DNA of 64,000 nucleotides from Candidatus Deianiraeaceae bacterium (GTDB lineage Bacteria; Pseudomonadota; Alphaproteobacteria; Rickettsiales; Deianiraeaceae): NCBI GenBank assembly GCA_031537795.1, contig JAVKNF010000012.1, positions 2,620 to 66,619 of the forward strand, read 5' to 3'. Shown piece by piece: positions 61,221 to 64,000 of this stretch (position 1 is its first letter; each line of letters starts with the position of its first letter). The notes under the pieces were generated by a model. It saw only the letters and a program-made list of their open reading frames with translations, ran no database searches and was not told where the DNA came from. The position numbers and the translations under genes were made by a program.

Positions 61221-62104
61221 ATGTCTTTTGAAAGTTTATTTGATTTATTAGAAAAATTCTCAGATGAGAAAAAATGTATTGAATATTTTACATCCCTTCG
61301 TTTTAAGAATGGTGCATTTTGTCCTCATTGTGGGAGTAATAGAAAAATACATCACTTTGAAGATGGCAAAAGACATAAGTGTGCTGATTGCAGAAAACAA
61401 TTTACAATAAGAATAGGAGCTATTTTTGAAGATTCAAGAATTCCACTTAAAAAATGGTTTGTTGCCTTCTATCTTGTAAGTGGACATAAGAAAGGTATAT
61501 CAAGCTATCAACTAGCAAGAGATATTAAAATTACTCAAAAAAGTGCGTGGTTTATGTTACAAAGGATACAATTTGTATCAAAAACAAGTAACTTTAACAA
61601 ACCTCTTGACGGCAATATTGAATTAGATGAAACCTATGTAGGTGGTAAAGAAAAAACAAACATTCAAACAAGAAAACAGCTGGAACTCAAGGTCGCTCAA
61701 CTAAAACAAAAACTCCAGTAATAGGAATGATACAAGGAGGCGGAGAGTTAAGAATGAAACCAACTTTAAATAACAGGATGGAAACAATAAAGCCAATTAT
61801 AACTCAAAACATTTCTTTAAATTCTACAATTTACAGGGACGAAGCTATTATGTATAAAAATCTATCAAAAGAATACAATCATAAAACTGTTAATCATGGC
61901 ATCGGTGAGTATGTTAATCAAGATTCTTATACAAACACAATAGAGGGCGTATTCTCTCATTTTAAAAGAATGATAATTGGTATTTATCACCATATTAGAG
62001 ATAAACATAGATTTAATACTCGTAATTTATCGGAATCCGATAGAATGGAAATGTTATTTATAATGACATCTGAAAAGTTATCTTATAAGACACTTATTGC
62101 TTAA
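61221..62104 (+). pseudogene. IS1595-family transposase, frameshifted and internally shortened
   Basis: Zinc ribbon CPHCGS..CADCRKQFTIRIGAIFEDS, WFMLQRIQ, LDETYVGGKEK. A frame 0 to frame 2 switch occurs at A6 (61651-61656); one more A would read GGKEKNKHSNKKTAGTQGRSTKTKTPVIGM. The C-terminal region HHIRDKH-RFNTRNLSE lacks about 10 residues present in the 28553-29488 copy. Confidence 0.75.
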
Positions 62105-62107
62105 TTT

Positions 62108-63116
62108 ATGACTAAAAATAACGATATTATAAAAGTTGATATGAGTTTTGAGGAGCTTACAGAACGCATTGCACAAACGAAGCAAGAAGAGGTTGTGCAA
62201 ATTGTCAAAGAGGAAATGAATGATAAAACTCTTGATGAATTTATTAAAAAACTTGAAGAGAAATCAAATAGAGACGAAAATGGTATTGAATTTTGGTATG
62301 CAAGACAATTGCAAGAAATTCTTGAATATGGCTCTTGGGATAAATTTCAATCTCCATTGAAAAAAGCACAAATAGCTTGTCAAGAAAGCGGAATTGATGT
62401 TGATTGCAATTTTTCCCTCGTGGGAAAAATAGTGGAAACTGGTATTGCAACAAAGGAAATAGACGATTATAAACTTTCAAGATACGCTTGCTATTTAATA
62501 GCACAAAATGCAGACGCAAGGAAAAAGATTGTTGCTTTTACACAAACATATTTTGCAGTCCAAACAAGAAGACAAGAAATAAAAGACAAAAAAGAATTAA
62601 CCGAAGAAGCAGATAGAATCTATTTAAGAAATAAAATAAAAGAACATAATAAGAAACTTGGAGAAGTTGCAAAAGAGCATGGAGTCATTACTGGATTGGA
62701 CTTTAAAGCCTTTCATGGAGTGGGCTACAAAGGTTTATATGGAGACAAAACATTAAGTCAAATTAAAAAGCATAAAAGATTGGGGGAGGAAAAAGATTAA
62801 AAAGCATAAAAGATTGGGGGAGGAAAAAGATTTATTAGAACATATTGGTAGCACAGAGTTATCGGCAAATTGGTTTAGAATCACGCAAACAGAAGATAAG
62901 TTGAAAAAAGAAAAACCCACTGGTAAACAGAAGGCTTTTAGCATTCATTATAATGTAGGTAAAAAGGTAAGACAAACAATTGAGCAACTAGGTGGAACGA
63001 TGCCTGAAAATTTGCCAATTGTTGAAAAAAGTGTCAAACAATTAGAAAGCGAAAAGAAAAAACAGCAAAAGAAATTAGAAAAGTCAAGCAATAAGGTTAA
63101 AAAATTGGGTAATTAG
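62108..63116 (+). pseudogene. dinD: DNA-damage-inducible protein D (DinD) homolog disrupted by a 34-bp tandem duplication
   Basis: It matches E. coli DinD by eye: LSRYACYL, QTYFAVQTRRQE, YLRNKIKEHNKKL, GYKGLYG, LEHIGSTELSANWFRITQTEDKLKK, VGKKVRQTIEQLGGTMPENLP, VKQLE. Removing one repeat unit restores a single frame. Confidence 0.85.
62765..62832 (+). repeat. perfect tandem duplication, 2 x 34 bp (AAAAAGCATAAAAGATTGGGGGAGGAAAAAGATT)
   Basis: The two copies, 62765-62798 and 62799-62832, were compared base by base and are identical. 34 nt is not a multiple of 3, and the duplication creates a TAA at 62798-62800. Confidence 0.9.
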
Positions 63117-63120
63117 TTAT

Positions 63121-64000
63121 ATGAAAGATATTTATAAATCAGAAATTGAAGGAATGCAGGATTTTTGGCAAGAATTAGAAATGTTGCCAGACTATTCTTG
63201 CAATACAGATGGGAAGATAAATGGAATATTATTTGAAATGAAATTGGAAATAAAATCTTATTCCGAAGTTGAAAAACAAATAAAACGATACATTAAAGCG
63301 TATAATGCAACTGCAATGTCAATACCATCAAAAGCAATTGCATTAGATATAAACCAAAGGAAATACAATTTATATAATATCTCAACAAACAAAGATGGTA
63401 ATACTTCTTTGCAGAAAATTAAAGAGGATTGCTGGGTAAATGCAACCGAGTTTAAAGATTTGATCAATTCAACAATAAACCAATATTCAAAGAGTTGGAT
63501 CTGCGAGGAAAGTATCGTGTGTTATAACAACGAATATTGCAAAAAATACAAAAATGCCTCAAAAGAAAAGGTAAAAACAGAGTTTATAAATCCGCAAGAA
63601 CTTTACATATACCCATTTGAATGGGATACACAACTTTCAATAGAGATGACAGACAGAGAGCAAAATAATTGGCTTACTTTCAATATGAATATGCTGGGGT
63701 GCTCTTTACTTAAAAAGCAACTTGGGGCATACTTTACGCCTGATAAATATGTCAGAATTTCAACACAATACTTAAAAGAATCTATAGATAAAATAAAGCA
63801 AGATGGATTTGATTATTTGATAGTTGATACTTGTGCTGGAACTGGAAATTTAGAAAAGTTTTTTGAAGCTGAATGGTTAGAAAGAACAATTTTAAATACT
63901 TATGATTACACAGAATGGACTACTTTAAAAGGGCTTTATGACGGAAGAGTAAAAATGATAATTCCGCATACAAACAAACATAGAAATGAAAATGGGTTGT
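63121..64000 (+). CDS. type IIG-like fused PD-(D/E)xK nuclease / gamma-class N6-adenine DNA methyltransferase, N-terminal 293 codons (continues beyond the window)
   Basis: Not in the ORF track because no stop is reached; I checked all 293 codons by hand. Nuclease-like NTDGKINGILFEMK (63202-63243), motif X LGAYFTPDKYV, motif I IVDTCAGTGNL. Confidence 0.7.
   Translation, partial: MKDIYKSEIEGMQDFWQELEMLPDYSCNTDGKINGILFEMKLEIKSYSEVEKQIKRYIKAYNATAMSIPSKAIALDINQRKYNLYNISTNKDGNTSLQKIKEDCWVNATEFKDLINSTINQYSKSWICEESIVCYNNEYCKKYKNASKEKVKTEFINPQELYIYPFEWDTQLSIEMTDREQNNWLTFNMNMLGCSLLKKQLGAYFTPDKYVRISTQYLKESIDKIKQDGFDYLIVDTCAGTGNLEKFFEAEWLERTILNTYDYTEWTTLKGLYDGRVKMIIPHTNKHRNENGL

Noticed and set aside
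11605-62944. Many other 60-130-aa ORFs antisense to or overlapping conserved genes (for example 11605-11976, 13189-13539, 14310-14516, 17105-17335, 24440-24679, 34532-34855, 48358-48759, 54135-54377, 57917-58222, 62244-62519)
   Set aside because: Each lies opposite or out of frame within a gene carrying strong family motifs, and the products are hydrophobic or low-complexity artefacts.
63109-63117. GGTAATTAG just before the last RM ORF as another IS1595 end
   Set aside because: Only 8 of 9 positions match, it overlaps the dinD Gly-Asn-stop codons, it has no extended similarity to the 23-bp IR, and it is in the wrong orientation for a right end. It is likely chance in AT-rich DNA.
1-64000. 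Alternative genetic code or stop-codon recoding as an explanation for the in-frame TAG/TGA in the RM genes
   Set aside because: TGA ends bamA right after its canonical C-terminal Phe and also ends tspO. TAG ends the EamA-like gene and the transketolase N subunit at expected lengths. Trp is encoded by TGG. In-frame stops occur only in the accessory genes, which also carry frameshifts.
1-64000. CRISPR arrays, rRNA genes, prophage blocks, toxin-antitoxin pairs
   Set aside because: I saw no regularly spaced direct repeats, no rRNA-like GC-rich conserved stretches, and no phage structural or TA-like small gene pairs while reading the window. I cannot exclude small ncRNAs without covariance-model searches.

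Overview
This is a very AT-rich, gene-dense chromosome segment; I judge it at roughly a quarter G+C by eye and did not compute it. It uses the standard genetic code: TAA, TAG and TGA all end conserved genes at the expected positions. The gene content (BamA/BamB, LptF/G-like, MsbA-like, VirB10, IalB-like, TspO, CADD/PqqC-like) suggests a reduced, probably host-associated Gram-negative bacterium of Rickettsiales/Holosporales-like flavour. That taxonomic reading is inference only.

About 45 housekeeping genes are recognisable from protein motifs. They include alaS (3' part), murB, atpG, trmD, gyrA, bamA, rlmB-like, tspO, lipA, pgk, ftsW, murG, adk, ychF, miaA, mreC-like, dut, pheS, bamB-like, uvrB, a split transketolase, aroB, aroK, prfA, cca, ftsY, an msbA-like gene, PAP2, rpsP, rnpA and gdhA. 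There are two tRNAs. I saw no rRNA and no CRISPR array.

Three accessory features stand out:
1. A 9.4-kb uninterrupted ORF (3124 aa) has at its centre a SecA-type motor (NBD1-PPXD-NBD2). This sits inside otherwise unassignable sequence with a poly-Glu tract and a C-terminal membrane anchor.
2. A 4350-bp IS1595-family (ISNwi1-like) transposon at 25201-29550 has 23-bp perfect terminal inverted repeats and an 8-bp target duplication (TATATTTT). It is inserted 10 nt after pgk. It has an intact transposase and carries a BcgI-like nuclease/methylase plus specificity-subunit RM system inactivated by at least 6 lesions.
3. A second locus (61.1 kb to the window end) holds a decayed IS1595 transposase, a dinD homolog broken by a perfect 34-bp tandem duplication, and an apparently intact type IIG-like nuclease-methyltransferase ORF that runs off the window.

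Every frameshift I could map lies in a poly(A) tract. All coordinates were hand-indexed from the printed sequence. No searches or computations were possible, so homology calls rest on motifs I recognise.
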